Translations under genes and position numbers: made by a program | Notes under the pieces: generated by a model | What the model saw: only the letters and a program-made list of their open reading frames with translations | What the model was told of the DNA's origin: nothing | Databases searched by the model: none | Shown here: in pieces, positions 9,564 through 20,053 of the stretch | Layout: each line of letters begins with the position of its first letter | Numbering within the stretch: the stretch's first letter is position 1 | NCBI GenBank assembly: GCA_963665095.1 | Contig: OY762069.1 | Span: 3,040,001 to 3,104,000, forward strand | From: an uncultured Desulfobacter sp. | GTDB lineage: Bacteria > Desulfobacterota > Desulfobacteria > Desulfobacterales > Desulfobacteraceae | Reading direction: 5' to 3' | Length of the DNA stretch: 64,000 nucleotides

Positions 9564-10788
9564 TTACGCGGTTCAGCATCAATGTCCCCAGTGCGGGGCA
9601 CCTGTCACCCTGGGTGAAGATGCCCGATTTTTTGTGTGCGAATTCTGCAGAGTCCGCTCATTTATTTCCCAGAAAGGCTTTCCCAGGTATTATCTGCCTG
9701 CATCCCCCAAGGTGCCGGAAGATGCAGATATAGTCTATATCCCTTACTGGCGGTTTAAAGGCGTCCGCTACATCTGCCGTGCCGCAGGAATTACTCCCAA
9801 ATTTACAGATATCTCTGTCCTGGCCCGCCAGGATCTTCCCCAGCAAATACCCTTTTCACTGGGATTCCGCTCCCAGGCCCTGACCATGAAACTGATCGGC
9901 AGCGACACAAAGGGCCGGTTTCTCAAGCCGATGCCGTCAGCAGTGGTTCTTAAAGAGAGATCTGGCCCGGATCTGCCCAATGAGACCACCTTTCAGGAGG
10001 ATATCGGGGAGACGTTCAGCCTGATTTATGCCCCTTTCTACTTAAAAAATGGAAGTCTTATGGATGCGGTCATCAATGAAGCATTGCCTATGACACCCGG
10101 TTTTGACTCTGCTATATTGGACAAGGAGATAGTCAGGCCGGAGGCAGACACCCATTTTATTGCCGGCATCTGCCCCGGCTGCGGCTGGGACCTTGAAGGC
10201 GCAAGTGACTCTCTGGTTCTGGTTTGCCGAAACTGCAAATCTATATGGTGGGCAAAGAGTGATCGTCTGGTTAAAATTAAATTCAAGGCAGCCGCCCCGG
10301 CCAATGCCACCGACCTGATGGTACCGTTTTGGAAAATAAGGGCACAAATATCCCCCATGAAACTGGACAGCCATGGGGATCTGGCAAAAATGGCCCCGCA
10401 GACCGGTGTTCCGGCCCTGGAATGGGATGAAAAACCTCTCTATTTCTGGTGCCCGGCGTTCAAGGTCCGCCCCAATATATTTTTACGCCTGTTGGGACAG
10501 ATCACTACAGCCCAGCCAGCGCCGTCCCTGGCCCCGGTTTTTGAAGAAAACCCATGTCAAACCATAAATCTGCCGCCTTCCGAAGCGGTTCAATCCATCC
10601 GCGTCACCATGGCATCCCTGCTTCGTCCCCGAAAAGAGATCATTGATGTTCTGCCGGTAACAGAAGTGGTTTCCCAACAGATCTCCCTGGTTTTTCTGCC
10701 CTTTGAGTCCCGGCACCATGATATTGTCTATCGGAATTTAAACATTGCCATCAACAAAAACGCGTTGGCATTATCTGCCAATCTGTAA
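9526..10788 (+). CDS. Zinc-ribbon-containing hypothetical protein (duplicated architecture)
   Basis: CPQCG..CEFC and CPGCG..CRNC ribbons, each followed by a [YV]xP[YF]W motif. Start uncertain: ATG 9526 or ATT 9559. Confidence 0.7.
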   Translation: MPCSATSAEKNISYAVQHQCPQCGAPVTLGEDARFFVCEFCRVRSFISQKGFPRYYLPASPKVPEDADIVYIPYWRFKGVRYICRAAGITPKFTDISVLARQDLPQQIPFSLGFRSQALTMKLIGSDTKGRFLKPMPSAVVLKERSGPDLPNETTFQEDIGETFSLIYAPFYLKNGSLMDAVINEALPMTPGFDSAILDKEIVRPEADTHFIAGICPGCGWDLEGASDSLVLVCRNCKSIWWAKSDRLVKIKFKAAAPANATDLMVPFWKIRAQISPMKLDSHGDLAKMAPQTGVPALEWDEKPLYFWCPAFKVRPNIFLRLLGQITTAQPAPSLAPVFEENPCQTINLPPSEAVQSIRVTMASLLRPRKEIIDVLPVTEVVSQQISLVFLPFESRHHDIVYRNLNIAINKNALALSANL

Positions 10789-10890
10789 TCCTGATTATCC
10801 CCATAGATCGCTTTGCTTAAGGCATTGCAGAAATGATTCATGCCTGATACAACCTTGGCATTATTATGCATCCATGCATGGAGAGGGCAA

Positions 10891-11667
10891 ATGAAAATTC
10901 AGTGGACAGGCACAGCAGGATTTAAAATCCAGTCAGGAAACGCTTGCTTTCTAATTGATCCATACCTGAGTCGAAACAAAGATGCCAGTCCGGCCCAGCC
11001 GTTGACCCCAAAAGATCTGGGTGAATTTTCCCATATTTTTATCTCCCATGGTCACTTTGACCATATTCTGGATATCCCGGATGTTGTCAGAGATACCAGG
11101 GCACGTGTGATATGCGATTCTGTGGCCGCCCGAACGCTCACCCAAATGGGGGTGCCCCGGGATCATATAGAGGAAGTAACGCACCCGGGATTTAAAATCG
11201 ATTTTAACCATGTTCATGCTGAAGCATTTTACAGCCGGCATATCCGGTTCGATGCCAAGCTGCTTCTCACCACCCTGATGCGGGCGGGCAGACAGATACG
11301 GGAGATCCTTCCTCTGTTTAGAGACTACCCCTGTGGCCAGGTGCTGAGCTGGCGGCTCGAACTTGAAGACCGGCGCATTCACTTTTTTGGCAGTGGCGGC
11401 TCCACCCGTCCAGAACTTCAAGCGCTGGCATCCATGCCGATTGATCTGCTGCTTTTGCCCCTCCAGGGCCATTCCAAAATCTGTGACAAAGCGGTGACCT
11501 ATGTGGAAATGCTACAACCCGCCGTTGTGATTGCCCACCACCAGGACAATTTTTATCCGCCGGTCTCCCAGACTGTAGACATTAAACCGTTTCTGGAACA
11601 GGTACATCGCAGGTACCCCAAAACAAAAACCGTGGTCATGAATATTAATGAAACAATCGAATTCTGA
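10891..11667 (+). CDS. MBL-fold metallo-hydrolase (UlaG/YtkL-like)
   Basis: LIDPY, ISHGHFDH motif; GAGGG RBS before ATG 10891. Confidence 0.85.
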   Translation: MKIQWTGTAGFKIQSGNACFLIDPYLSRNKDASPAQPLTPKDLGEFSHIFISHGHFDHILDIPDVVRDTRARVICDSVAARTLTQMGVPRDHIEEVTHPGFKIDFNHVHAEAFYSRHIRFDAKLLLTTLMRAGRQIREILPLFRDYPCGQVLSWRLELEDRRIHFFGSGGSTRPELQALASMPIDLLLLPLQGHSKICDKAVTYVEMLQPAVVIAHHQDNFYPPVSQTVDIKPFLEQVHRRYPKTKTVVMNINETIEF

Positions 11668-12715
11668 TGTCATGGAAGGCAGCGCCCTTCGCACACCGGA
11701 AGATCTGTCCGCATACCTGAACCAACCACTGTCCATTGGATCAAAAGCCATCTCCAACCGGATGGTGCTTGCGCCCATGGCAGGGTTAGGGCACATTGCG
11801 TTCAGGCACCTGGTAACCGAATTTTCAGGATTTGGCCTGCTTTTCACCGGCATGTGCTCGGCAAAAGCCGTTCCCCATGAAAACCCAAAGGTATCCCATG
11901 TTTTTTCCTGGCGGCCCGAAGAGCTGACGCACACCGTGTGCCAGATCTTTGGCGCAGACCCGCAGGTCATGGCCTGTGCAGCCCAGCGTATTGAAAAAGA
12001 AGGCTTCTTTGGCGTGGATCTTAATTTCGGGTGTTCCGTGGCTGCCATCTGCAAAAAAGGATGCGGTGCCGCCCTGCTGAAAACCCCTGACCTTGCAATT
12101 GATATTATTTCAGCCGTCCGAAACGCGGTGTCATGTCCTGTTTTTGTCAAATACAGAACCGGCTGGACCGATGATCCTGATTTTCCTGTGGCCATGGCAA
12201 AGGCCTTTGAAGAAGCCGGGGCGGATGCGCTGACCTTCCATCCCCGGGTGGCACCGGACAGACGCAGCCGGAGACCCAAATGGGAACTGATCGGCCGGGT
12301 CCGGCAGGCCGTCACCATTCCTGTGTTTGGAAACGGCAATCTGTTTGAGCCGGAAGACGGGATAAAAATGATCAGCCAGACCGGCTGCCAGGGGCTTTCC
12401 ATCGGCAGGATGGCCGTGGCCAGACCCTGGTTGTTTGCCCAGTGGACCAAAGGATTTGAGCCGGGACCGGATATCTATATTTCCTGTGCCCTGAGGATGG
12501 CAAGGCTTTTAACCAAGCATTATGATGACCATTTTGCCCTGAAAATGTTCAAAAAGGCGGCACCCTATTTCTGTGCAAATTTTAAATTCTCCAATGCCAT
12601 CTTAAAGGATCTGGTCAGGGCCGACTCTATGGATGCCCTTTGTGACAACATCCAACGTCTTCTGGACCCAGCGCCCCAGACCTTACGTATTCCCAACATT
12701 AATTTATTTATCTGA
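11648..12715 (+). CDS. dusB: tRNA-dihydrouridine synthase (Dus family)
   Basis: LAPMAG, DLNFGC, GCGAALL, VKYRTG, FHPR, FGNG. Confidence 0.85.
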   Translation: MKQSNSDVMEGSALRTPEDLSAYLNQPLSIGSKAISNRMVLAPMAGLGHIAFRHLVTEFSGFGLLFTGMCSAKAVPHENPKVSHVFSWRPEELTHTVCQIFGADPQVMACAAQRIEKEGFFGVDLNFGCSVAAICKKGCGAALLKTPDLAIDIISAVRNAVSCPVFVKYRTGWTDDPDFPVAMAKAFEEAGADALTFHPRVAPDRRSRRPKWELIGRVRQAVTIPVFGNGNLFEPEDGIKMISQTGCQGLSIGRMAVARPWLFAQWTKGFEPGPDIYISCALRMARLLTKHYDDHFALKMFKKAAPYFCANFKFSNAILKDLVRADSMDALCDNIQRLLDPAPQTLRIPNINLFI

Positions 12716-12895
12716 TCATCCATGCCTGATGTGGTGGGACTTTGCCATAAAAAAAACACTGGACAAAAACCGTACAGGCCATGTAACGTTTCTTACCTGT
12801 CCGGAACAGGTCAAAAAAAGCTGTATCGATTCCTGCCTGTAATAACCATTTCCGGAAAAGTCTGAAATTTGAATAAACATAAACAAGGAACCATC

Positions 12896-13837
12896 ATGAT
12901 CTGTCAGGCAATAATAAACAGATGCATAAAAATAATAATTCTGGCTGCCATGCTGGGCATCACAGGATGTGCCGGAAAACCTGAACCAGAGCCCATTCAA
13001 ACAGCCCCGGGCATATGGTACAATCAGGAGATCACCGCAGACGGACAGACAGACGACTGGCCTGATACCGCCCCCCAGTATACGGCCCAGGACAAAACCA
13101 CCCGTATATGGGTGAATAACAATCTTGATGTCATCTGTCTTCTGGCAGAAATAAAAAATCCCCAGGCCATCCGGCAGTTTGCACAGGCAGGGCTGACCTT
13201 TACCATACAGACACAGGAAAAAGAGGCTGGTCCCTTTTCCATTACACTGAAGGGCGACGGTCCAACCAGACGGCACTGCAGGCCGGGGAGTGATGCTGAA
13301 GAAACTGGACAAAAGGCTTCCAGGCCCCCTGACCCTCCGGATACAATGAAGGAAGAGGCTCAGGCCATGGCCAAAAAACCTTTCCCGCCTCCAGAACTCC
13401 AGGTAAAACTGCCAGACGACCTTGTTGTCGTGTATCCATTTTCCTCCGGCCCTATGATCATGTCCATGGAAGAAGCCCGCACCAAAGGCCTGACCCTTGG
13501 CATGGCAGGTAATCCAAAGCAGGAACCATTAATTTTTGAAGCAGTCATCAGCCTCGATGCCGTTTTTTTTGACACGCCGCAACAGGGCGGTTCCCCGGTC
13601 ATTATCTCTTTATCGGCCGTGGACAATGGCCGCCCTAAAAAGGGGAGTGGACAGAAAGGCAACGATGGTGGGCCACCTGGCGGAGGATCCCCCGGTGATG
13701 GCCCTTCTGGTGGCGGAAAGCCCCCGGGAGGGGGAGATTTTGATTCCGGCAAATCTGGTGGTAAAGCAGATACAAAAGGGGCTGGTGGATTATTTAAGGC
13801 GGCTATAAAAATAACACTTGCAGGCCCTGTGGAATAA
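12896..13837 (+). CDS. Hypothetical lipoprotein with Gly/Pro-rich low-complexity C-terminal region
   Basis: Lipobox LGITGC; ITADGQTDDW motif. Confidence 0.7.
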   Translation: MICQAIINRCIKIIILAAMLGITGCAGKPEPEPIQTAPGIWYNQEITADGQTDDWPDTAPQYTAQDKTTRIWVNNNLDVICLLAEIKNPQAIRQFAQAGLTFTIQTQEKEAGPFSITLKGDGPTRRHCRPGSDAEETGQKASRPPDPPDTMKEEAQAMAKKPFPPPELQVKLPDDLVVVYPFSSGPMIMSMEEARTKGLTLGMAGNPKQEPLIFEAVISLDAVFFDTPQQGGSPVIISLSAVDNGRPKKGSGQKGNDGGPPGGGSPGDGPSGGGKPPGGGDFDSGKSGGKADTKGAGGLFKAAIKITLAGPVE

Positions 13838-13908
13838 ACAATGCTAAGCGGGCTAAGGGCTTTCCGACAGGAAATAACCTCTTTTGAAAGGCAAAAAACT
13901 AAATTGAT

Positions 13909-14256
13909 ATGACAGCCAGTAACACCCCTGACCTTGCCGGGTTTAAATGCATTGGATGCGGTACCTGCTGCAGGCAGACCGGGCACGTTCGCCTGGCCTT
14001 AAGGGAACCTGATATCATCGCGGATTTTTTAGGAATGGGTGTCCGTGAATTTATAAAATCATACACCTGCCTGACCCGTGACCGTCACGGGCTTTCACTC
14101 ATTGACGCCCCGGACGGGGCATGCATTTTCCTTGATAAAAACCACTGCCGTATAAACCCGGTCAAACCGGCTCAATGCCGGGATTTTCCTGAAAAATGGC
14201 GATTTTCTGACTTCTGGCAGGTCTGCGGCTGGGCAAAGAACCATGAAAAACCATAA
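13909..14256 (+). CDS. YkgJ/FliB-family cysteine-cluster protein
   Basis: CIGCGTCC...CIFL...CRI..VKP.QCRDFP. Confidence 0.85.
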   Translation: MTASNTPDLAGFKCIGCGTCCRQTGHVRLALREPDIIADFLGMGVREFIKSYTCLTRDRHGLSLIDAPDGACIFLDKNHCRINPVKPAQCRDFPEKWRFSDFWQVCGWAKNHEKP

Positions 14257-14412
14257 ACAAAAGCACCCGTCTATTGAAAATCAATATACCTGTGTACGAA
14301 CAAATTCAATTTCTCAATTTGACTTGGCTTTCACCCTGGCCTTAGATTTATTCGATCTATTCAGCTTAACTGTATAAGCTGGCAAATCTGTCAAAAGGAG
14401 ACTTGAGGTACA

Positions 14413-15036
14413 ATGGTCAAAGAATTAGACTGCAGAAAAATGGACTGCCCGGCACCGGTACTGGAAACCAAAAAATGTCTTGAGGCGGAAGCACTGCCGC
14501 ATATCCGGATTTTAGTGGACAATGATGCCGCCGTGGAAAACGTCAGCCGGTTTTTAACCTATGCCGGATTTGAGGTCAGTGTGGAGTCCGACGGAACTAT
14601 GTCGGCCGTGGAAGGGACGCGAGACCCTTCCACGGCTGTAAAGCTTTCTTCCGGCCCGGTCGGGCAAACAGGCCAGAGTAAGTCCGGCCAGGAGAGTCTG
14701 TCAAAGATTATGGTTATGGCAGCATCCAACCGCTTTGGTATAGGAGATGATGAACTCGGGGCAAAACTGATGATTAATTTTATCAAAACCCTTAAGGAAA
14801 TGGGGCCCGAGTTGTGGCGTCTGGTCTTTGTCAACCACGGGGTAACCCTTGCTACCAATGATTCTGAAGTTCTTGACGAATTACGTGAGCTTGAAGCATC
14901 CGGTGTTACAATCCTTGTGTGCGGCACCTGCCTGACCCATTTAGGCCTTATGGAGAAAAAAGCCATTGGTCAGACTACCAACATGCTGGACATTGTCACA
15001 GCCATGCAGCTGGCTGACAAGGTTGTCAACCTTTAA
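14413..15036 (+). CDS. yedF: Sulfurtransferase-like selenium metabolism protein YedF (TusA plus DsrE-like)
   Basis: LDCRKMDCPAPV, G.GDDELGAKLM, ILVCGTCL, TTNMLDIV. Confidence 0.88.
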   Translation: MVKELDCRKMDCPAPVLETKKCLEAEALPHIRILVDNDAAVENVSRFLTYAGFEVSVESDGTMSAVEGTRDPSTAVKLSSGPVGQTGQSKSGQESLSKIMVMAASNRFGIGDDELGAKLMINFIKTLKEMGPELWRLVFVNHGVTLATNDSEVLDELRELEASGVTILVCGTCLTHLGLMEKKAIGQTTNMLDIVTAMQLADKVVNL

Positions 15037-15040
15037 TAAT

Positions 15041-16453
15041 TCACTTGTTGCTCACAAAAAAATCAGCAATGATATGATCGGCCTTAAGGCGGTTGCCATA
15101 AGTCTGGGCACTATTCTGGTCCGTGAATTCAGACACCCGGACCAGATACCAGGTTTTACCGCCGCCTTTTGAAACTTTTGTGGTGGCCTTAACCCCTTTT
15201 TTCGCCAGTTCGGCCACATAGCGCTCGGCATGGGCCTGCTTCAGGTAAGCCGCCACCTGAATGGTAAAAGGTTTTGGGATTTCCACTTTGATCTGCCTGG
15301 CCGGCGGCTGTTCTACGGATTTGAACATATGTGAAAACGTGCCCCAGACAAAAGCAATCAGCCAGGCCCCCATACAGACCACGATAACAACCTTCACCCG
15401 GCTCCACAATTTTTCACGGCTCTGCATGAACTGCAGGGTTGCATCTTTGGCCCTGCCTGTCCGTCCAGCAATGGATGAGGTATATCCGGCTGCTATTTCC
15501 CTCACCCCGGCCAACAGTGACGAACGGCGCACCGGCCTTCCATCCGAAATAGCGGATATATCTCCATCTGGTTCACCTGGCACGCCTTCATCTGCCAGGA
15601 CCGCTCGTTCTTTAATGACAGCAAAAAGGCCCTTTCCCTCAGTCCGCAGCGTCTCCCCTCCGGTCCTTTGATCCCCAAGGGTCAGTCCGGCAGGGTCAGG
15701 CGCTGCAACATCCGTTTCCCGGACTGGCTCAGGTGCATCTTTCAGCCGGGCCGACATCATCTCCCGGATCATGTCGGCATGGGCGGTATCTCTTCTGTCG
15801 ATAAACCCGTCTTTTCCCTCCAGCTCCAGAAAAGACCGGTACAACCGCCTGGCGGAAAAATCCATCCGGCCCAATTTTAGAAACAGCTCCACCAGCATCC
15901 GGCAAAGCTCCGGGTCCGCATACCATTGATCTGCCAGGGCTGAAAGAACTGACTGGATTGACGTTCCGGAAATGTCCTGATCCTGAATACGTTCCAGCCA
16001 GAACCGTGCAAGGGTTCTCTCCGTTGGATTCGCTGCCAGCCACGCTCCGGCAGCCCCCTGGATTTCCCGGCGCTGGCTTCCTGATGCAAGATAAAACCGC
16101 GCCAGGGATGAGGCAAGTAATGCCCCTGCCCGCCTGGCAGTCAGCACAGAGAGCCAGGCACTGTCGTAGAGACGCACAGCCCGGATCAACTTTTTTTCCG
16201 CCCGGGTAGTGATGCCGGAACGCTCCCACAGCTGGGCGTCCCTGATCAGGCTTCTTATTCGCAACAGCCCGGCAACATTCAGCATAAAACCAATGCCAAG
16301 GCCAAAAACCGCATACATGGCAACAAGAAATACCACAGCAGGTGTATCAGGAAACCAGACGGCCAGCCGTGGCAGCACAACAAAGCTGCCCGGCAGGGTA
16401 ATCAAAGTTGCCAGCCAGAACCAGATACTGATATGTCGGATCATACGAATCAT
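15041..16453 (-). CDS. Membrane protein with C-terminal SPOR domain
   Basis: TM segments; FTIQVAAY...TWYLVRVSEF SPOR motif. Confidence 0.8.
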   Translation of the reverse strand: MIRMIRHISIWFWLATLITLPGSFVVLPRLAVWFPDTPAVVFLVAMYAVFGLGIGFMLNVAGLLRIRSLIRDAQLWERSGITTRAEKKLIRAVRLYDSAWLSVLTARRAGALLASSLARFYLASGSQRREIQGAAGAWLAANPTERTLARFWLERIQDQDISGTSIQSVLSALADQWYADPELCRMLVELFLKLGRMDFSARRLYRSFLELEGKDGFIDRRDTAHADMIREMMSARLKDAPEPVRETDVAAPDPAGLTLGDQRTGGETLRTEGKGLFAVIKERAVLADEGVPGEPDGDISAISDGRPVRRSSLLAGVREIAAGYTSSIAGRTGRAKDATLQFMQSREKLWSRVKVVIVVCMGAWLIAFVWGTFSHMFKSVEQPPARQIKVEIPKPFTIQVAAYLKQAHAERYVAELAKKGVKATTKVSKGGGKTWYLVRVSEFTDQNSAQTYGNRLKADHIIADFFVSNK

Positions 16454-16454
16454 C

Positions 16455-18515
16455 TTAGTTTGCCCTGCAGGGTTCCTGGCCTTTTTTTAACGCCACACGC
16501 ATCATTTTTCCTGAACTTTCGCCGTCTACGGCTTCCTCCCCCTGGGAAGAATCTGTCAAAGTTATCTCGTCAGGATTTAACCCGGCCTGTTGGCCATGGG
16601 GACATCCGGTGGCCACCGCCACGGTCTCAAACCGGATATCTTCAGGAATGCGAAAATCACGTTCAGGCTCACCATTCATGGCCCGCAGCATAAAAAGGGT
16701 CCAGATGGGTACGGCACCCCGCCCCCCTGTTACCCCCCTTCCGTTTTTATCCTTGAGCTTTTTCTTCTGATCAAACCCTGTCCAGACAGACACACAAAGC
16801 GAGGGGGTAAACCCCGTAAACCAGGCATCATTGTAGTTGTCCGTAGTGCCTGTTTTGCCGGCAGCCGGGCGTTTGAATCCCAGACGTCTGACCCCCCGTC
16901 CGGAGCCTGCGTCCACCACGCCTTCCATCATGTCCACCACCTGATAGGCCGTGGCAGGATCAAGGACCCTGCGATCCTTGACAATCTGTTCAAAAATTAC
17001 CCGCCCCCTGGCGTCTTCCACCCGCCAGAATAGAAAGGGATCATGCCGGACTCCGAGGGTGGCAAGGGTGGCAAACCCGGCCGCCATATCCATGACACGC
17101 ACTTCAGAAGTACCTAAAGCCACGGAATATACCGGTTTCATAGGACTTTTTACCCCGCAGGACTTGGCAACATCCACCACGGCATCCGGTCCCACATCTG
17201 CCACCACCTGGGCCGCAATGGTATTGACCGAAGAAATCAGGGCCTGCTTAAGGATCATGGGGCCCTTGTAAGTTTTTTCAAAATTTTTCGGATGCCAGTC
17301 CGGTGCCCCTGCAACCGGGATATTCACAGGCCTGTCCTGGAACAGGCTTGCCGGATGAAACTGTCTGTCCCGGAATGCCGCATAGTACAAAAAGGGTTTG
17401 AATCCACTGCCGGCCTGGCGGCGACTGCTCACAGCCCGGTTGAACTCACTGGCATAATAATCCCGGCCACCCACCATGGCCTTGACAGCACCGCTGGCCG
17501 TATCAATGGCAACCAGAGCCGCCTGGGGTTTCTCCGGTGCATCACCCTCCAGTCCCATGAGTTTATCTAAGCGTCCCAACCCCTCTTTGACAGAAACCCT
17601 GGCATCGGACTGCAGTCTTGAATCCAGAGTGGAATAAACTTTGATACCCCCATGGTATACCACATCCTCACCATAGGTTTTCACAAGCTTTTGAATCATG
17701 GTGTCCAGAAAATAACTGCCGGTACGGGCATCTCTCCGGCCGTCATGCAGCTTTGGACGGACAGCATCCGCCTCTGCAGCAGCCTGATCTGAGATGAACC
17801 CAGCTGCGGCCATACGATTCAATACCACCCGCCGCCTGGCCAGGGCCCGTTCATAATGACGGAAAGGATTATACTGGGCAGGAGACTTGGGCAGGCCGGC
17901 CAGTAAGGACGCCTCCGGCAGGGTCAGATCCAGGGCCGCCTTGTCAAAAAACATCCTGGCCGCCTTTTCCACCCCCTGGGCACCGGCCCCGAAATGAATC
18001 TGGTTGACATAGGCCTCAAGGATCTGTTCCTTGGTATTGGATTTCTCAATCTGGAAGGCGACCAGCATCTCCTTGAATTTACGCTGCCAGGTTTTCTCAA
18101 AGCTGAAAAACATATTTTTGGCAAGCTGCTGGGTGATGGTGGATGCCCCCTGAATTTTCCCGGGTTTAAACAGGGTAATATACAACGCCTTAAGGGTACG
18201 CAGTTTATTGACACCATGATGTTCAAAAAACCGGTGATCTTCCGTAGCCACAATGGCGTTGAGGAAATCAGGGGAAACCATATCAAGGGATACAGATGTT
18301 TTCTGACCAAGGGCAATGAGTACCTGGCCGTCGGCTGCATAGATCAGGCTTTGGGGGGTTTCAATAATCCGGCTTAAGGGAGATGGCAGTTTAGGCAGAT
18401 CTCCGGCAATGTGAAAGGTGACCAGGCCGGCTGCCGCCACCATGACCCCGGCCATCAGCAGCGCTGTATAAAAAAGGAGCCGAACGCCTGTAACAACAGC
18501 AAAAAACCATTTCAT
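16455..18515 (-). CDS. Class A penicillin-binding protein (PBP1A family)
   Basis: TEDHRF, GASTITQQLAKN, RKFKE; transpeptidase SGFK, SVN, KTGT. Confidence 0.95.
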   Translation of the reverse strand: MKWFFAVVTGVRLLFYTALLMAGVMVAAAGLVTFHIAGDLPKLPSPLSRIIETPQSLIYAADGQVLIALGQKTSVSLDMVSPDFLNAIVATEDHRFFEHHGVNKLRTLKALYITLFKPGKIQGASTITQQLAKNMFFSFEKTWQRKFKEMLVAFQIEKSNTKEQILEAYVNQIHFGAGAQGVEKAARMFFDKAALDLTLPEASLLAGLPKSPAQYNPFRHYERALARRRVVLNRMAAAGFISDQAAAEADAVRPKLHDGRRDARTGSYFLDTMIQKLVKTYGEDVVYHGGIKVYSTLDSRLQSDARVSVKEGLGRLDKLMGLEGDAPEKPQAALVAIDTASGAVKAMVGGRDYYASEFNRAVSSRRQAGSGFKPFLYYAAFRDRQFHPASLFQDRPVNIPVAGAPDWHPKNFEKTYKGPMILKQALISSVNTIAAQVVADVGPDAVVDVAKSCGVKSPMKPVYSVALGTSEVRVMDMAAGFATLATLGVRHDPFLFWRVEDARGRVIFEQIVKDRRVLDPATAYQVVDMMEGVVDAGSGRGVRRLGFKRPAAGKTGTTDNYNDAWFTGFTPSLCVSVWTGFDQKKKLKDKNGRGVTGGRGAVPIWTLFMLRAMNGEPERDFRIPEDIRFETVAVATGCPHGQQAGLNPDEITLTDSSQGEEAVDGESSGKMMRVALKKGQEPCRAN

Positions 18516-19408
18516 CAGCCCTCTCCCTTCAGCTCCAGGCTCAGCTGCCAGACAGCCCACTCCCTGGCTTTGACCGCCACCACCCGGGTCTCCCCGAGAT
18601 GTTTAAATTCAAAACCAAGCAGGATAAATCCGTCCTGGGCAGAATTTCCCACACCCACCCGCTCAAGAGTACCGTTTTGGGATAGGAGCTCTTCGGTGTC
18701 TGAAATCAGATCCGATACCATGTCGCCAGGAAGCCGGGATATGGCTGAAAAGAAAAGGGCTGCCGGATACACCCGGCCTGAAAATTCAGGACTGTTATCC
18801 AGATCTCCCTGGATAATGGGTTGCCCCGCATCCTTGCCGAATTTTTTTGAATCAAGGTCCAGTTGCTGAATGACCCGGTTATCCGTATCAATGAAGAATA
18901 TCTTCATCCCGCCCATACGGCCTTCACAGAAAATCCGGTCCGTGCCTCCGCCGCTCAGCAGCCATACCAGGCGAACCGGATCAATCACCGCTTGTCGAAG
19001 ATAGGACGGCAGCCCCAGATATAGCTGCCGGAACCGGTCCTTGTCCAGATTTGCCCACTCCCCGGGGCCAAGCTTGGCAGCCAGGTCAGTAAAAGAATCC
19101 GCAGTGCGGACTGTCCGGCCGGCACTTTCCCTTTCCAGGGCCATCTGATCCAGTGTCTGAAGTGCATCTACGGCATGACGCCCTGATTCCCATACCACGC
19201 CGGTTTCAGGGCGATTGTCGTTGGTGCTGGCCAGGTATTGTCCGACCAGTTGTTCACACCAGTCAAAACGAAACTCAGCCACAACAATAAGGCAGGTAAT
19301 TACCAGGACTGCCAGATTCAGGACTGAGAAAATTCGCTTGAGCCATTCACCGAATGTTGATGGTCCGTACCAGTATCGCACAACAGGATTCATAACCAAT
19401 AAAGACAA
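18515..19408 (-). CDS. Hypothetical membrane-anchored protein
   Basis: 297 aa ORF with one TM, coupled to the PBP gene by a TGATG overlap. Confidence 0.7.
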   Translation of the reverse strand: MSLLVMNPVVRYWYGPSTFGEWLKRIFSVLNLAVLVITCLIVVAEFRFDWCEQLVGQYLASTNDNRPETGVVWESGRHAVDALQTLDQMALERESAGRTVRTADSFTDLAAKLGPGEWANLDKDRFRQLYLGLPSYLRQAVIDPVRLVWLLSGGGTDRIFCEGRMGGMKIFFIDTDNRVIQQLDLDSKKFGKDAGQPIIQGDLDNSPEFSGRVYPAALFFSAISRLPGDMVSDLISDTEELLSQNGTLERVGVGNSAQDGFILLGFEFKHLGETRVVAVKAREWAVWQLSLELKGEG

Positions 19409-19417
19409 TAGTAAAAT

Positions 19418-20053
19418 TTATGCCTTACCGGCAGCTTTCATGGAACTGTTAAATACAGCATAAAATGTTTCATGTTCAGACAGGGCCACGGCCAGAATAT
19501 CATCCACTAAAGAGGCGTCCTGCTGCTCCAGGTCCTGGGATCTGATGACGTAATTTACACTGAAATGAAGCGCTGTCATGGCGTTTCCAGTCTCAACCCC
19601 CGGGCTGACCTGCACCAGGCAGATATTGCGCCGAAGGGACATATCCATACCATTCATATGCTGGGCCATACGCTTGTCAGCATCAAAATCATCATCCACC
19701 AGTACCAGAGGATATGTACTGTATTCAAGGTTTCTCAATGCATGGGCCGCCTCCTGGGCAACATGGGCCACAAAACCGGCATTCTCCAGGCCGCTTATCA
19801 CACGATTACGTCCCAGGGACGGTACCATGCACACCAGGGCCTGTTTCATGCTGCCTGCCTGAAACCTTGACAGATTCTGGTCAGCCGGCGGGGCCTTGGG
19901 CTCTGTAGCCACCTGTCCAGAATTCAATTCAGATGCCTTGACAGGAACCGAGGACCCGCACCCCGGACATTTAAAGGAAAAATCCCGGTCTTTGGGAATT
20001 TTGTGGTCCGGAAGCTCGGTGTCCTTTCCGCATGACGGGCAATTAATATTCAT
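19418..20053 (-). CDS. Zinc-ribbon protein with receiver-like domain
   Basis: CPSC..CPGC N-terminal ribbon, then a degenerate receiver-like fold; overlaps the PilT-family gene. Confidence 0.7.
   Translation of the reverse strand: MNINCPSCGKDTELPDHKIPKDRDFSFKCPGCGSSVPVKASELNSGQVATEPKAPPADQNLSRFQAGSMKQALVCMVPSLGRNRVISGLENAGFVAHVAQEAAHALRNLEYSTYPLVLVDDDFDADKRMAQHMNGMDMSLRRNICLVQVSPGVETGNAMTALHFSVNYVIRSQDLEQQDASLVDDILAVALSEHETFYAVFNSSMKAAGKA

Noticed and set aside
10855..10871. TGGCAT-TATTA-TGCA as a sigma54 promoter for the MBL hydrolase
   Set aside because: GG-to-GC spacing is 9 rather than the required 10 nt
11512..12450. 312 aa antisense ORF, and similar long shadow ORFs over 37507-38535 and 55425-56858
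   Set aside because: They lie opposite well-supported genes (dus, Fe-S oxidoreductase, uvrB), have no motifs, and are typical antisense shadows
13660..13770. Repetitive GGPPGGG-coding stretch
   Set aside because: Low-complexity protein linker, not a DNA repeat array
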